A DNA stretch of 64,000 nt from Octopus sinensis. Lineage: Eukaryota. Below, piece after piece: positions 38,834 to 51,664 of this stretch. The first letter of the stretch is position 1, and the number at the start of each line of letters is the position of its first letter. The stretch covers positions 13,391,360 to 13,455,359 of the forward strand of contig NC_043019.1 of NCBI RefSeq assembly GCF_006345805.1. Direction: 5' to 3'. Position numbers and translations under genes: made by a program. Below the pieces are notes generated by a model. That model worked only from the letters and a program-made list of their open reading frames with translations. It had not been told where the DNA came from and ran no database searches.

Positions 38834-39120
38834 AAAGTACAAATATATGGGAAATTACCACCTGTATCAATTCTTGTGACAGGTAGAAGAGTCCAGTTTG
38901 CTGGACGTTGTTGTAGAGCTGAAAACGAGGTAATTTCTACTCTTCTCCTCTAGAAGCCATCTGCTTGCAATACCAGAGGGCGCACACTCTCCTACCCTGA
39001 TGTAATCTCCAGGGATACAGGCATCCAGCAACAGGACCTCCGTAATGCTATGATGGACCGTGAAGTCTGGCGTAACATAGTAAATTCCATTGTCTCGACC
39101 ACGGTCGAACGATGATGATG
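38834..39120 (+). mobile_element. RTE LINE 3' fragment (5'-truncated, one in-frame stop)
   Basis: Translation QIYGKLPPVSILVTGRRVQFAGRCCRAENEVISTLLL-stop-KPS...TLSYPDVISRDTGIQQQDLRNAMMDREVWRNIV resembles RTE C-termini; 3' hairpin TCGACC-AC-GGTCGA; (GAT)n tail. Confidence 0.85.
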
Positions 39121-40264
39121 ACATATGCATACATACATATACTGTCATGTAGGCCAGCTGTCCTGCTCGAGTAAAGTGGATAACTATGAACTTCTTCAAA
39201 ACTTCCAGCTGCTGTATCGAGATTATAATTTCACATTTATGCCAGTAACAATTGGTGTGTTCAGTTTTGTGAGTAAATGCCAGAGCGATAATCTGGATAA
39301 GCGAGGGGTTTCTGACCATCAGGGTCGGGCAATAAAATAGTGTACCAGTAATATTTTGGGGATGATATAAGGGTGGCGAGCTGGCAGAATCATTAGCACA
39401 CCGGGCAAAATGTTTAGCGGTATTTTGTCTGCCATTACGTTCTGAGTTCAAATTCCGCTGAGGTCGACTTTGCCTTTCATCCTTTCGGGGTCGATTAAAT
39501 AATCTAATTACATACAGGTGCAGCTCAATTTTGCTAGCTGAGTAGACTGGAGCAAAAAAAAAAAGGTCTTATTCAAGGACACAGTGCACAGCCAGGAATT
39601 GAACTCACGACCTTACGATTGTGAGCTGAACATCCTAACCACTAAAGCTGGAAACCAGTACAGAACACCTGTAAGCAGCAGAGTGGATTATGCTAAAAGT
39701 GCCTCTGGTACCATGTGGTGGTGTTAAACTGGATGACACACCAAGTCCATGAGCTAAGAGCAAGAACACTTCTTCTGCCGGGTTTCCCCACAGTTTCCGT
39801 TGACCTAATTGCAGGATATTGGTTGCTTGGGGGTACACTATAGGGGGGATCCAACCCACAACACGGTGTAGCAGCAAAGCAAAATTCTTAACCATGCAGC
39901 CACAAGTGTGTCCGTTAATACTTTGGACAGTGAACATGCAAAGTATGTGCTTGTGTTAGCGGAATTTAATAATTAACTTTTCGGGGCTAATCTATTTTTT
40001 TTTAAGTTAATTAAGATTCAATAACGATTTTATTTTTTCCTTTCTAATTAGGCATACAGCCTGAGGCCATGCATTTGCTCCGTTAAATACAAATGTGTAT
40101 CTTAGGAGCCAGAAGTCTGAACAATTTCTGTGTTGTTGTATTCTAAGCTACTGGCAGTATCGCAATGAGAGCACCTCTACATGGTTGTTTGACATGCTAG
40201 AAATAGCAACCAAATTCATACACATCACATTTGTCTGTCTTGACCCCCACCTTTTTTTCTTTTT

Positions 40265-40586
40265 TAAACCATATTTCTGACCAAATTCACAGCATTTGTT
40301 TTAATTAACTTACTTTGAAAATAATGAAAAATTTATTCAAATAACTTCGTTATTATTAACCCGTTTGACATCAACCTGTCTGAGAATGCCATTGGTTCCG
40401 TGATATTAACTTCTAGTTTTAAAACGATCTCATATTAAAACCATCCTCTATCAAAATTTCTTGTTAATTTGTGTTCCAAAGAACCAGCTTAATAACGACG
40501 AAAATATTCTACAAAAATTCTTCGTTATCCTCAAAATTAATTGAAACAATGAAAATGTACTTTGACAGAAATATAATAGAAAGGTT
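40265..40586. mobile_element. Degenerate fold-back MITE with ~90-bp imperfect TIRs, probably piggyBac-related
   Basis: AACCATATTTCTG...GTTATTATTAA mirrors TTAATAACGAC...CAGAAATAT...AAAGGTT; related fragments at ~33170-33480. Confidence 0.5.
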
Positions 40587-40692
40587 CAAATGGAGGTTGG
40601 ATATCAGAACGGGGTTTAGTATCCTAGAACCAGGGGTGATATCAGGCTGGTTGGTATGAAAAAGATTTGGAGGCGTGGCTGTGTGGTAAGAA

Positions 40693-41275
40693 GGTGGTGA
40701 GCTGGCAGAAACGTTAGCACGCCAGACAAAATGCTTAGCGGAATTTCGTTTGCTGTTACGTTCTGAGTTCAAATTCCACCGAGGTCGACTTTGCTTTTTA
40801 TCCTTTTGGGGTTGATTATATAAGTACCAGTTATGCACTGGAGTCGATATAATCGACTTAGTCCGTTTGTCTGTCCTTGTTTGTCCTCTCTGTGTTTAGC
40901 CCCTTGTGGGTAGTAAAGAAATAGGTATTTCGTCTGCCGTTACGTTCTGAGTTCAAATTCCGTCGAGGTCGACTTAGTCTTTCATCCTTTCGGGGTCGAT
41001 AAATTAAGTACCAGTCACACACTGGGGTCAATATAATCAACTTAATCCGTTTGTCTGTCCTTGTTTGTCCCCTCTGTGTTTAGCCCCTTGTGGGCATAAA
41101 GAAATAGGTATTTCGTCTGCTGTTATGTTCTGAGTTCAAATTCTGCCAAGGTCGACTTTGTCTTTCATCCTTTCGGGGTTGAGAAATTAAGTACCAGATA
41201 CGATCTAAGGTCTATGTAATCGACTTAATCCCTTGTTTGTCCCCTCTATGTTTAGCCCCTTGTGGGCAGTAAAGA
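40693..41275 (+). mobile_element. Meta/RUDI-like SINE trimer (one full unit plus two ~184-bp partial units)
   Basis: Junction AAAGAAATA|GGTATTTCGTCTGC at ~40922 and ~41105. Confidence 0.85.
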
Positions 41276-42047
41276 AACTCGCTTCCCAGCCATGTGGTTT
41301 GGGGTTTGGTCTCTGGGTGTGGCACCTTGGGCAAGTGTCTTTTACTATAGCATCAGACTGGCCAAAGCCTTGCCGGTGGATTTGTTAGACGGAAACTGAA
41401 AGAAGCCTGTTGTGTGTGTGTGAGTACCACAGTACATGACTAATACTTAATTTATTGACCCCAAAAGGATGAAAGGCAAAGTCGACCTCGGCAGAATTTG
41501 AACTCAGAATGTAAAGACAGATGGTCATAGTATACAAACATTTCTCATGGCACCAGTACACTGCTTACAGATGCTTTTACATCTTTTATGTTTTCTGTGA
41601 ATTTTTCATGGCTCCAGCTAGTTATTGGCTTTTATGGGTTTTTTCCCACCAGGAACCTTTCGTGTCCTTGTTTGTTGTCTCTGTGTTTAGCCCCTTGTGG
41701 GTAGTAAAGAAATAGGTATTTTGTCTGCTGTTACGTTCTGAGTTCAAATTCCACCGAGGTCGACTTTGTCTTTCATCCTTTCGTGGTCGATAAATTAAGT
41801 ACCAGTCACGCACTGGGATCGATGTAATCGACTTAATCCCTTGTTTGTCCCCTCTATGTTTAGCCCCTTGTGGGCAGTAAAGAAACTTGCTTCCCAGTCA
41901 TGTGGTTTGGGGTTTGGGGGTTTTTCATTGTTAAACTGCTTTTTTACTCAAATTTTTTCACAAACGGACAAAACCCTTTATAACCTTTCATCCTGTTTTG
42001 TCCCTTTATGTAAAAATTGATTTTTGTCAGACCTTGTGGCCAATAAA

Positions 42048-42380
42048 GTCTGGCACCTGTGTCGGTGACACATAAGAAAACACCATCCGAGCGTGGCCGT
42101 CAGCCAGCCTCGTCTGGCACCTGTGTCGGTGGCACATAAAAAACACCATCCGAGCGTGGCCGTCTGCCAGCCTCGTCTGGCACCTGTGTCGGTGGCACAT
42201 AAAATCACCCACTACACTCTCGGAGTGGTTGGCGTTAGGAAGGGCATCCAGCTGTAGAAACACTGCCAGATCTGACTGGCCTGGTGCAGCCTTCGGGCTT
42301 GCCAGACCCCAGTTGAACCGTCCAACCCATGCTAGCATGGAAAGCGGACGTTAAACGATGATGATGATGATGATGATGAT
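42048..42380 (+). mobile_element. RTE-related retroposon with 2.5 x ~63-bp 5' units
   Basis: Reverse complement of the 18410-18834 subfamily (shared AAAATCACCCACT). Confidence 0.75.
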
Positions 42381-43929
42381 TATTATTATTATTATTATTA
42401 GACTGGTAAACTGGCAGAATGGTTAGCATGCAGATGTAATGCATACTGGCATTTCATCCGTCTTTACATTCTGAGTTCAAATTCCACCAAGGTCGACTTT
42501 GCCTTTCATTCTTCCAGGGTCGACAAATTAAGTACCAGTTTCACACTGGGGTCAATGATATCAACACGTCCCTTCCCCAAAATGGCTGCCCTTGCAGCAA
42601 AATCTGAAACCATCATTATTATTGTTATCATTATTATTATCATTATTATTATTATCATTATTATTATTATCATTATTATTATCGTTATTATTATTATTAT
42701 TATTATTATTATCATTCCTGTCACTTTTGTGAATTAGTTGTAAGTTTTCTTTTTGGGTTTTTACTGAAAATTTCTTTTATTTTTTTTTTTTTTTTTTTCC
42801 GATGACTAAGTTCATGTTTATTTAATTATTTCAGTAAAATTTAGTTTTACCAAAATAGATATACCGGTTCTTTTGTTCCTAGTCTATGTTTTTACATTTT
42901 TTTTGTCTCTTTTATTTATGTATTTCCATTTTTTTTTATTTCTTTTTGCTTCTTTACCCCTTTTTTCTTTTTTTAATTGAATTCCATTTGATGGGGTTAT
43001 CATGTTTTATAATGTTTTATTGGATGTTTATGCGTGTACGTATGTATAAATAAATACATGTGTGTATATTTGAAGATGTGTGTGTGTTTGTGGATATACA
43101 TGCGCATACATGTGTATTTATATGCGTGTGTCTGTATGTATATGTACATGTTTATATTTGTGGATATATATGTACATGTGTATGCATGAGTGTTTGTATG
43201 TGTGCATGTATATATATCTGTGTGTATGTATGTATACATGTATATATATGTGTATGTATGTATGTATATAGGTGTATATATTTGTAGATAAATGTGTATG
43301 TATATATGTATGCATGTTTGTATATTATGTATCTTTGTGTATATATACATATATATATACACACACACACATGTATATATATATGTGTGTATACATGTAT
43401 ATGTGTGTGTGTGCATGTATATATGTATATATATATGTATATGAGATTGTGTATGCGTGTGAATGTAGCACTTATTTGATATTGTATATTCAATAATGTA
43501 GTATAATTACAAACATGTACAAACAAGTGTGTGTATGTGTCTAATGTGTGTGTGTGTGTGTGTGTATCTGTGCATACTTTGGTGTGTAGTTATATGTGAG
43601 TAAATATTCGATTTCAGGAATGAATTTTAAGAAGTGTGTGTGTGTATACGCACATACATGTGCATGTATGTATGTTAATTTGTATGTGTGTACATGTGCT
43701 TGTATGTATGTTAATGTGTGCATGCATGTGTGTGCTCATACATTTTGTAGTCATGCTCATTCAAGCACGCTTGTACATTTATGTGCGTACAAATACTTAT
43801 TCTATCAATCCATTTTTGCTGAATTGCTATGCTACAGGGATGTAAACACCCGTTGTCAAGGGGTTGTGGGGGACAAACACAGACAAGTTCACACACACAC
43901 ACACACACCACACACACACATACCCATTA

Positions 43930-44590
<661 letters not shown>

Positions 44591-44848
44591 AACGTGGAGT
44601 AGATGAAACAGGGACAACTGAAGAAGGGGGATATTCTGTGTTGTATGTCTTGTACTCTGTTCTTTCTTTGTTTGAAAAACAAGTTCGTTTCTATGTTTTG
44701 TTTTTATGTTTTCGTTTCTCATTGTGTTCAACATTTTTTTGATGTCCTGTACCCATATATGCATGTATATATACATATATATATATGTAGGTTTGTATAT
44801 ACATGCATATATATATATGCATATATTTATATATTATTTATTTATATA

Positions 44849-45241
44849 TCTTTATATATAAAAGTGAGGTTGTGTGCTGTCTGTCTCCTACGATTTAGAT
44901 TCCTAACTACTCCCACATTTTGCGGTGCAGTTTAACCAAAACCTGGTATCTTATAGTCGTGATTCATATCGAGCCCTTCTGGGTATTAGTGCGCGTCTAC
45001 GCTGAGTCTACGATTTTAAAAAAAAATTTACCATAATTTTTTTCCATTTTAATGCATTTTTTTCGCTATTATATAAGGGAAGTAACTCTCTAAAAATGTC
45101 TACGATGAGTCAACGATTTAAAAAAAAATTTACCATTATTTTTTTTCCATTTTTAATGCATTTTTTTGGCTATAACTCTCTAAAAATGCTTATATAGTTA
45201 TTTCCCTTAGAAACCCGAGCAACGCCGGGCGATACTGCTAG
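44849..45241 (+). mobile_element. Non-autonomous Helitron
   Basis: A|TCTTTATATATAAAAG ... CCCGAGCAACGCCGGGCGATACTGCTAG|T; 3' ~125 bp shared with 24521-24897. Confidence 0.8.
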
Positions 45242-45261
45242 TATATATATATATACTGTAG

Positions 45262-45760
45262 TAGTGACTGATGCCAGTGCCTGTGCCACGTAAAAGCGCC
45301 CTTCAAGAGTGGCCAATGCCAGTGCTGGTGGCACGTAAAAAGTACCATTCGAGCGTGGTCAATACCAGTGCCACCCGACTGGACCCTGTGCCAGTGGCAC
45401 GTAAAAAGCATCCGCTACACTCTCAGAGAGTGGTTCGCATTAGGAAGGGCATTCAGCTGTAGAAACATTGTCAGATTAGACTGGAGCCTGATGCCGCCTC
45501 CTGGCTTGCCAAACCTCGGTCAAACCTTTGCCAAACCTGATGCCAAACCTGATGCCGCCTCCTGGCTTGCCAAACCTCGGTCAAACCTTTGCCAAACCTG
45601 ATGCCAAACCTGATGCCGCCTCCTGGCTTGCCAAACCTCGGTCAAACCTTTGCCAAACCTGATGCCAAACCTGATGCCGCCTCCTGGCTTGCCAAACCTC
45701 GGTCAAACCGTCCAACTCATGCTAGCATGGAAAGCAGATGTTATACGATGATGATGATGA
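45262..45760 (+). mobile_element. RTE-related retroposon with an internal perfect 61-bp tandem repeat
   Basis: Units start at 45488, 45549, 45610 and 45671; (GAT)n tail. Confidence 0.75.
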
Positions 45761-46160
45761 TAATAACAGTAATAAACATACTTAAGGTAACCTGATACTA
45801 AGCATTACTACTACCACTCACCATTTAAGGGTGGTCTATGTCTGCAGACTGCTAAAATTCCTTGGACAGCTCTTTAATTCGTTTTTTAACCAATTGAAAA
45901 GGTCAGGTTCTAAGACTACTTTTGGAACAATGACAACCGGCTGGACTTGTATTAATTTAGATTGTATCTGAACAGTGCAGTCTACTCCACCCTGAAAATG
46001 TGGTGATTAACAATAGATGCACACATAGATGCAAACTTTGCAGTGTGCATTAATTCCTGCAGAAACATATTTAGGTGCAGAAACGAAAAGAAGCAATTAA
46101 CTGCTGAATAAATCTAGATATAAATCTCTGTTCTGTTCTCCTTTATTATAAATTCATTAC

Positions 46161-46192
<32 letters not shown>

Positions 46193-46659
46193 ATGGATTT
46201 GGTAGACAGAAGCTGAAAGAAGCCCGTCATATATATACATATATGTGTATGTGTCTGTCCCCCACCATCACTTGACAACTGATGGTGGCATATCTGCGTC
46301 CCCGTAACGTAGCGGTTCAGCAAAAGGGGCCAATAGAATAAGTACTAGGCTTACAAAGAAAAAGTCCTGGGGTCGATTTGTTTGACTAAAGGCGGTGCTC
46401 CAGCATGGCCGCAGTCAAATGACTGAATCGAATAAAAGAATATGTATATATATATATATCTTTTATCTCTTATGGGTTTCAGCCAGATGCTGAGGCCATG
46501 CTGGAGCACTGCTTTTACTGCGCCATTTCTTTTCTATTGGAATGTAGCATTTGACGCATCAAGAATTATCGACAATAGACTTTAGAGCTTTGCTTCTGGT
46601 TGGCTTCATGCTTTTGTTTGCTGAGGTTGGGGTCATTCCAAAGTTAATGGTCCCAGAGT

Positions 46660-46900
46660 CGTCATCATCCATAAAAACAACCAGGTCCACCAGTTCTCTC
46701 CTTTGCAGGCACTCCTGTTCCGGTCCCTCTGCGTCTGCCAAGGTCATGTTGGGCTTCTGGAAATCTTACCCAATCACACCCAGCCATCTGGTGCAGGATC
46801 AGGCCTGCCATGAGGCCTCCTTCGGCCTGAAGTTGCTGTGTCGAATGAGAGGAAAGCCCTTGTAGGATGATCTAGTCGGAGACAGAGGGCATGTCCATAC
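46660..46900 (-). mobile_element. Degenerate RTE LINE 3' end
   Basis: Minus strand GRRRPHGRP... then RWLGVIG-stop-DFQKPNMTLADAEGPEQECLQRRELVDLV resembles the RTE RPRGRP.TRW.D...AQDR..WR.LV terminus; GATGATGAC tail. Confidence 0.7.
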
Positions 46901-47614
46901 TGGGTATTTGACAGATAGCTAGGATTTGAGAGAGGGTGGATTTTAAATGATGGTGATACATTTGACCAGCTTCAGCATTGTTTCCCTCTACTAAATATCT
47001 CTCACAAGATATTGGTCCACCTGAGACTACAGTATAAGATACATTACCTTACAGTGGAATTGAACCTGGAACCACAAAGTTGTGAAATAAACTTCAAATG
47101 TCATTAATTCTACAGTCGCCTGCAGACAACTATAATTATTTCATATGCAATAATATTGTTCAAAGATGAAGAATCCTTAGAACTTGTTCAAACTTTTGGT
47201 TTTGCCGCTTCCTTTCCATCGGAACATAGCATTTAAGGCATCAAGAATCACCAACAATAGACTTTATAGGGTTAATTTCTAAGATTCTATCGATTCCGCA
47301 TTACCAGCGCCAATTTGCGAAAGAAAAGAGCAAAGACGACATTTTTCTCTTTTTCCGTCTCAAATTGGTACTTATATGGTCTAACAGCATTAAGATATTA
47401 GATAATTCGTCTAATACCATTTAAGATCTTGGCATTTAATTCTTAATTGGTTGCATGGAGTTTATTGACAGAAATTAGTGAGGTTAGTAGGTTAGCAACA
47501 TAACCTAGCTTGCTAGTGTTAAGTGACTGACTAATTACCTTGTCAAGATAAACTTGTGAAGTGACTATTTGGATATCTGGCATTGTTTTTCTACCACAAT
47601 GTTTACCTTTTTAA

Positions 47615-48050
47615 TCTTTTATTTGTTTCTGTCATTTGACTGCGACCATGCTGGAGCACCGCCTTTAGTCGAGCAAATCGACCCCAGGACTTATTCTTTT
47701 GTAAGCCCAGTACTTATTCTATCGGTTTCTTTTGCCAAACTGCTAAGTGACGGGGACATAAACACACCAGCATCGGTTGTCAAACAATGCTAGGGGGACA
47801 AACACAGACACAATACAATTGTTCGTTTGTTTTCCACCTGCCTTCGTCTTTTGTTTATTTTCATAAAGCTTCCCGTCACATACATATATACGACAGGCTC
47901 CTTTTCAGTTTCCGTCTACCAAATCCACTCACAAGGCATTTGGTCGGCCCGGGGCTATAGCAGAAGACACTTGCCCAAGATGCCACGCAAAGGAACTGAA
48001 CCCGGAACCATATGGTTGGTTAGCAAGCTACTTACCACACAGCCACTCCT
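47615..48050 (-). mobile_element. CORE-type SINE, full length
   Basis: Reverse complement of the 8565-8970 family. Confidence 0.8.
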
Positions 48051-48087
48051 GTTTTTTTTGTTTATATTGTTTTTTTTTCTTTTGTTT

Positions 48088-48474
48088 TGGAGATATCAGT
48101 TAAGGTTAAGAAGCTCAATTTGCAACCAAGTGGTTCAGGGTTCAGTCCATGTGTACTGCACCTGGGACAAGTATTATCAATTATAATGACAGGCCGACCA
48201 GACCAATGCCTGATGAGTGAATTTGATAGATGGAAACTGTGTGGAAGCCCATTGAATGCGTGTATGTAGAAACCTTACCAGAACAGGCAATGGAGCCTGG
48301 TGCTGCCCCTGGACTTACCAGCTCTGGTCAAACCATCCAACCCATGCCAGCATGGAAAATGGACACTAAATGATGATATAATTGATAATACTTGTCCCAG
48401 GTGCAGTACACATGGACTGAACCCTGAACCACTTGGTTGCAAATTGAGCTTCTTAACCTTAACTGATATCTCCA
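48088..48474. repeat. Perfect 98-bp inverted repeat with 191-bp spacer
   Basis: 48088-48185 is the exact reverse complement of 48377-48474; the ORF track shows the same peptide EISVKVKKLNLQPSGSGFSPCVLHLGQVLSII on both strands. Confidence 0.95.
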
Positions 48475-48876
48475 TCTTTCTAATTGGTTTAACAAAACTC
48501 AATGGAGACTGTACAGAGCAAACAAGTTAATTAATATTTTTATGTACTAAACATAATTATCTCAATCATTGAATTAATTAGATGAGTCATTATTAATTAA
48601 TGATAAGAACATACTCCATCTATTCTTGGTATGTTTAAATAAACCAGTGATTTATCAATATATTCTTCCTTTTACTAACAGTGTAATATTAATTAATTAA
48701 TTAATTAATTAAAGTTTTATGGTTTTACTTACTCAAGTACACTAATACCTGCTTTTTATTTTCATTTTCTTGTAGCAGTGTTTTAACCCCTTCGTTCATT
48801 TGACTCATTCATATGGCTCCTGAAAGTCCATATACAATTTTGGGGGGGTCCTTGCATACACACAGTTGTATATTAA

Positions 48877-49097
48877 CCCTTTAGTGTTCGCATTATTCTG
48901 CCAAAATTAATCCTTTTTTATCCACATTGTTTTGAACTAATCATGCATTATCTTGTAGCTATGAGATTTTGATGAGGTAGCTGTTAATTTTTAAAACGAT
49001 ATTGTAGGGCTGGTGTGAGAGACCAGATCTGGCCAGTTTGAACATAAAACAGGCAGAATACTTTTGGCCGGATAGGGCCGGTTTAAATGCTAAAGGG
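48877..49097. mobile_element. piggyBac-type MITE
   Basis: TTAA|CCCTTTAG ... CTAAAGGG|TTAA (TTAA at 48873-48876 and 49098-49101); partial relatives at ~30510-30640 and ~55985-56045. Confidence 0.8.
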
Positions 49098-49821
49098 TTA
49101 AGGGTCCATGGAATAATTTTGGTTTAAATGTATTTATTGCAAGAAATGGCCAGGTTTCTTCCTGATGTTTTACATAATTCAACCTACACAAGCTAACGTG
49201 TGGAAAACAAAATAGGAATTCTGAAACAAGTGTCTGTAAAACTAGTTTTTAAACATTAAATGGCTATGAGAGTCCAGCAGAATAAAATAATAATCAAAGG
49301 GGGTCCTCGCAAGCAAAGTAGTAAACTGGGGACCACAATAGTATTTTAAGAGCCCCTGAAAAAATTTACTCCAGGTGTTTGCATTGATGTGTACTGCAAG
49401 AAAAAGCAATTTTTTTTTTCTCTAACATTTTACATGGTTCAAACTACACAAGTTTATGTACGAAAAGCAAAACAGGAACTTTAGAAGAAATATTGGTAAA
49501 ACTAGTTTTTGAACATCGAATTACTATAGGAGGTCAACCAGAATAAAATAGTAATCAATAGGGTATATATATATGTGTGTCTTCTATAAAAGTGCTAAGC
49601 AGACCAAATGCCTTGTAAATGGATTTGGTAGATGGAAACTGAAAGAAGCTCATAGTGTCTGTGCGTGAGTGTTGTGCATGTTTTTCCCATCGCCATTTGA
49701 CAACTGGTGTTGGTGTGTTTATGTCCCATAAATCAGCAATTCACCAAAAGATACCAGTAGAAAAAGTAAGACTTAAGCAAAAGAAAATTCTTCAGGACGG
49801 TGCCCCAGCATGGTTGCAATA

Positions 49822-50210
49822 AGTAGCTGTGTGGTAAGGAGCTTGCTTCCTAACCACATGGTTCCGGGTTCAGTCCCACTGCATGGCACCTTGGGCAAGT
49901 GTCTTCTACTATAGCCTCAGGCCGACCAAAGCCTTGTGAGTGGATTTGGTAGACGGAAACTGAAAGAAGCCCGTCATATATATATGTGTATGTATGTGTT
50001 TGTGTATCTGTGTTTGTCACCCCCCCCCCACCGTCGCTTGATAACCAATGTTGGTGTGTTTACATCCCCGTAACTTATCAGTTCGGCAAAAGGATGCTGA
50101 TAGAGTAAGTACTAAGTTTACAAAGAATAAGTCCTGGGATCGATTTGTTCGACTAAAGGCAGTGCTCCAGCATGGCCGCAGTCAGATAACTTAACTGAAA
50201 CAGGTAAAAA
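49822..50210 (+). mobile_element. CORE-type SINE
   Basis: Same family as 8565-8970. Confidence 0.8.
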
Positions 50211-51066
50211 AATACAGACTGAAACAAGCCTGTCCACCAACCCCGGTGGCACATAAAAAGCACCAACCGATTGTGGCCATTTGCCAGCCTCGCCTGGCCC
50301 CTGTGCCAATGGTACATAAAAAGCACCCACTACACTCACGGAGTGGTTGGCATTAGGAAGGGCATCCAGCTGTAGAAACACTGCCAGATCAGACTGGAGC
50401 CTGGTGCAGCCTCCTGGCTTCCCAGACCCCAGTCGAACCGTCCAACCCATGCTAGCATGGAAAACGGACGCTAAACGATGATGAGGATGATACATACATA
50501 CCTACGATAATGTTTATTTGTATTTGGATAAGATGTATATGTATATTTTTGTCATGCATATATACATTGCCAATGTGAGAGAGAGAGAGAGAGAGAGAGA
50601 GATAGGGTGGATAGAGACAGAGAAGTGAGCTTATTACGCATATGGTAATTGTTCAGTGTAGAAAGATTTTCCACATGTATATTGTGTACGTCTGAGAGCA
50701 AGAGAAGGATGTTTGTGTTGTATATTTTATAGTGTTCGGTGTACAAACATATATCGCATATGTGCATTTGTGTGTGTGTGTGAAGGAGAGAGAGAAAGTG
50801 ATATGATGTTCGGTGTACAAACGTTTTTAGTGCACGCATGTAGAAGAGAGAGAGGGTGAAAGAGGAGGGAAGGAGCTTGTCTTGTATATATTAGTGTTTT
50901 GTGTACAAATGGGTGTGTACATGCTATACATATATATATATATTTATATATACATATTTATATATAAAAAAATTCTATAGTTATAAGCATAATTATAATT
51001 AGGGTTCAGCAAAATTGCTTCACCACATACCGAAATTTAGAAATAGCAGTTAAGTACTATTCCACT

Positions 51067-51320
51067 GTGGAGGCACGTGGCTTAGTGGTTAGGGTGTCAG
51101 CACCATGATCGTAAGATTGTGGTTTCGATTCCTGGACCAGGCAACGTGTTGTGTTCTTGAGCAAAACACTTCATTTCACATTGCTCCAGTCCACTCAGCT
51201 GGCAAAAATGAGTAACGCTGCGATGGACTGGCGTCCCGTCCTGCTGGGGAACACATACGCCATTGAAACCAGGAAACCGGACCCATGAGCCTGGCTAGGC
51301 TTTAAAAGGGCACATTTATT
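51067..51320 (+). mobile_element. tRNA-derived CORE-like SINE with tail type 3, flanked by ~115-bp direct repeats
   Basis: Head GTGGAGGCACGTGGCTTAGTGG, B-box GGTTTCGATTCC, TTGAGCAAAACACTT, 3' GCGATGGACTGGCGTCCCGTCC. Confidence 0.8.
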
Positions 51321-51664
51321 ATTCATATATATATACATATTTATATATAAAAAAATTCTATAATTATAATTAGGGTTCAGGAAAAGTTTGCTTCACCACA
51401 TACCGAAATTTAGAAATAGCAGTTAAGTACTATTCCACTACCTATGGATGGACAGACAGACAGATAGATGTGTATATGGGCTTGTTTCAGTTTTCTTCTC
51501 GCAAGGCTTTTGTTGGCCCAAGGCTACCGTAAAAGACACTTGCCCAAGGTGTTGCACATTGGGACTGAGTCCAGAACCATGTGGTTTGGAAACAAGCTCC
51601 TTACCACATGGCCACACCTCCTCAAAAGAGAGAAGGGTGGAGGGGAGAGTCTGTTATGTAATAT

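Noticed and set aside
42100-42200. HDV-like ribozyme in the retroposon unit (CCA-GCCTCGTC-TGG resembles P3/L3)
   Set aside because: No P2 partner or J4/2 could be found, and extra nucleotides separate P3 from a possible P1.
46559-46747. ORF MTLADAEGPEQECLQRRELVDL as a host exon
   Set aside because: It is the decayed C-terminus of an RTE LINE followed by its GAT tail and flanking DNA.
46540-47270. Two ~70-bp similar segments (TAGCATTT..GCATCAAGAAT..CAATAGACTTTA) about 680 bp apart
   Set aside because: Short, diverged and not assignable; probably fragments of an old repeat.
48205-48245. Hammerhead ribozyme core (CTGATGAG...GAAAC); also CTGATGAG at ~18002
   Set aside because: Stem II cannot close (G opposite G); it is a variant of the SINE motif CTTGTGAG...GGAAAC. 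The 18002 site lacks GAAA.
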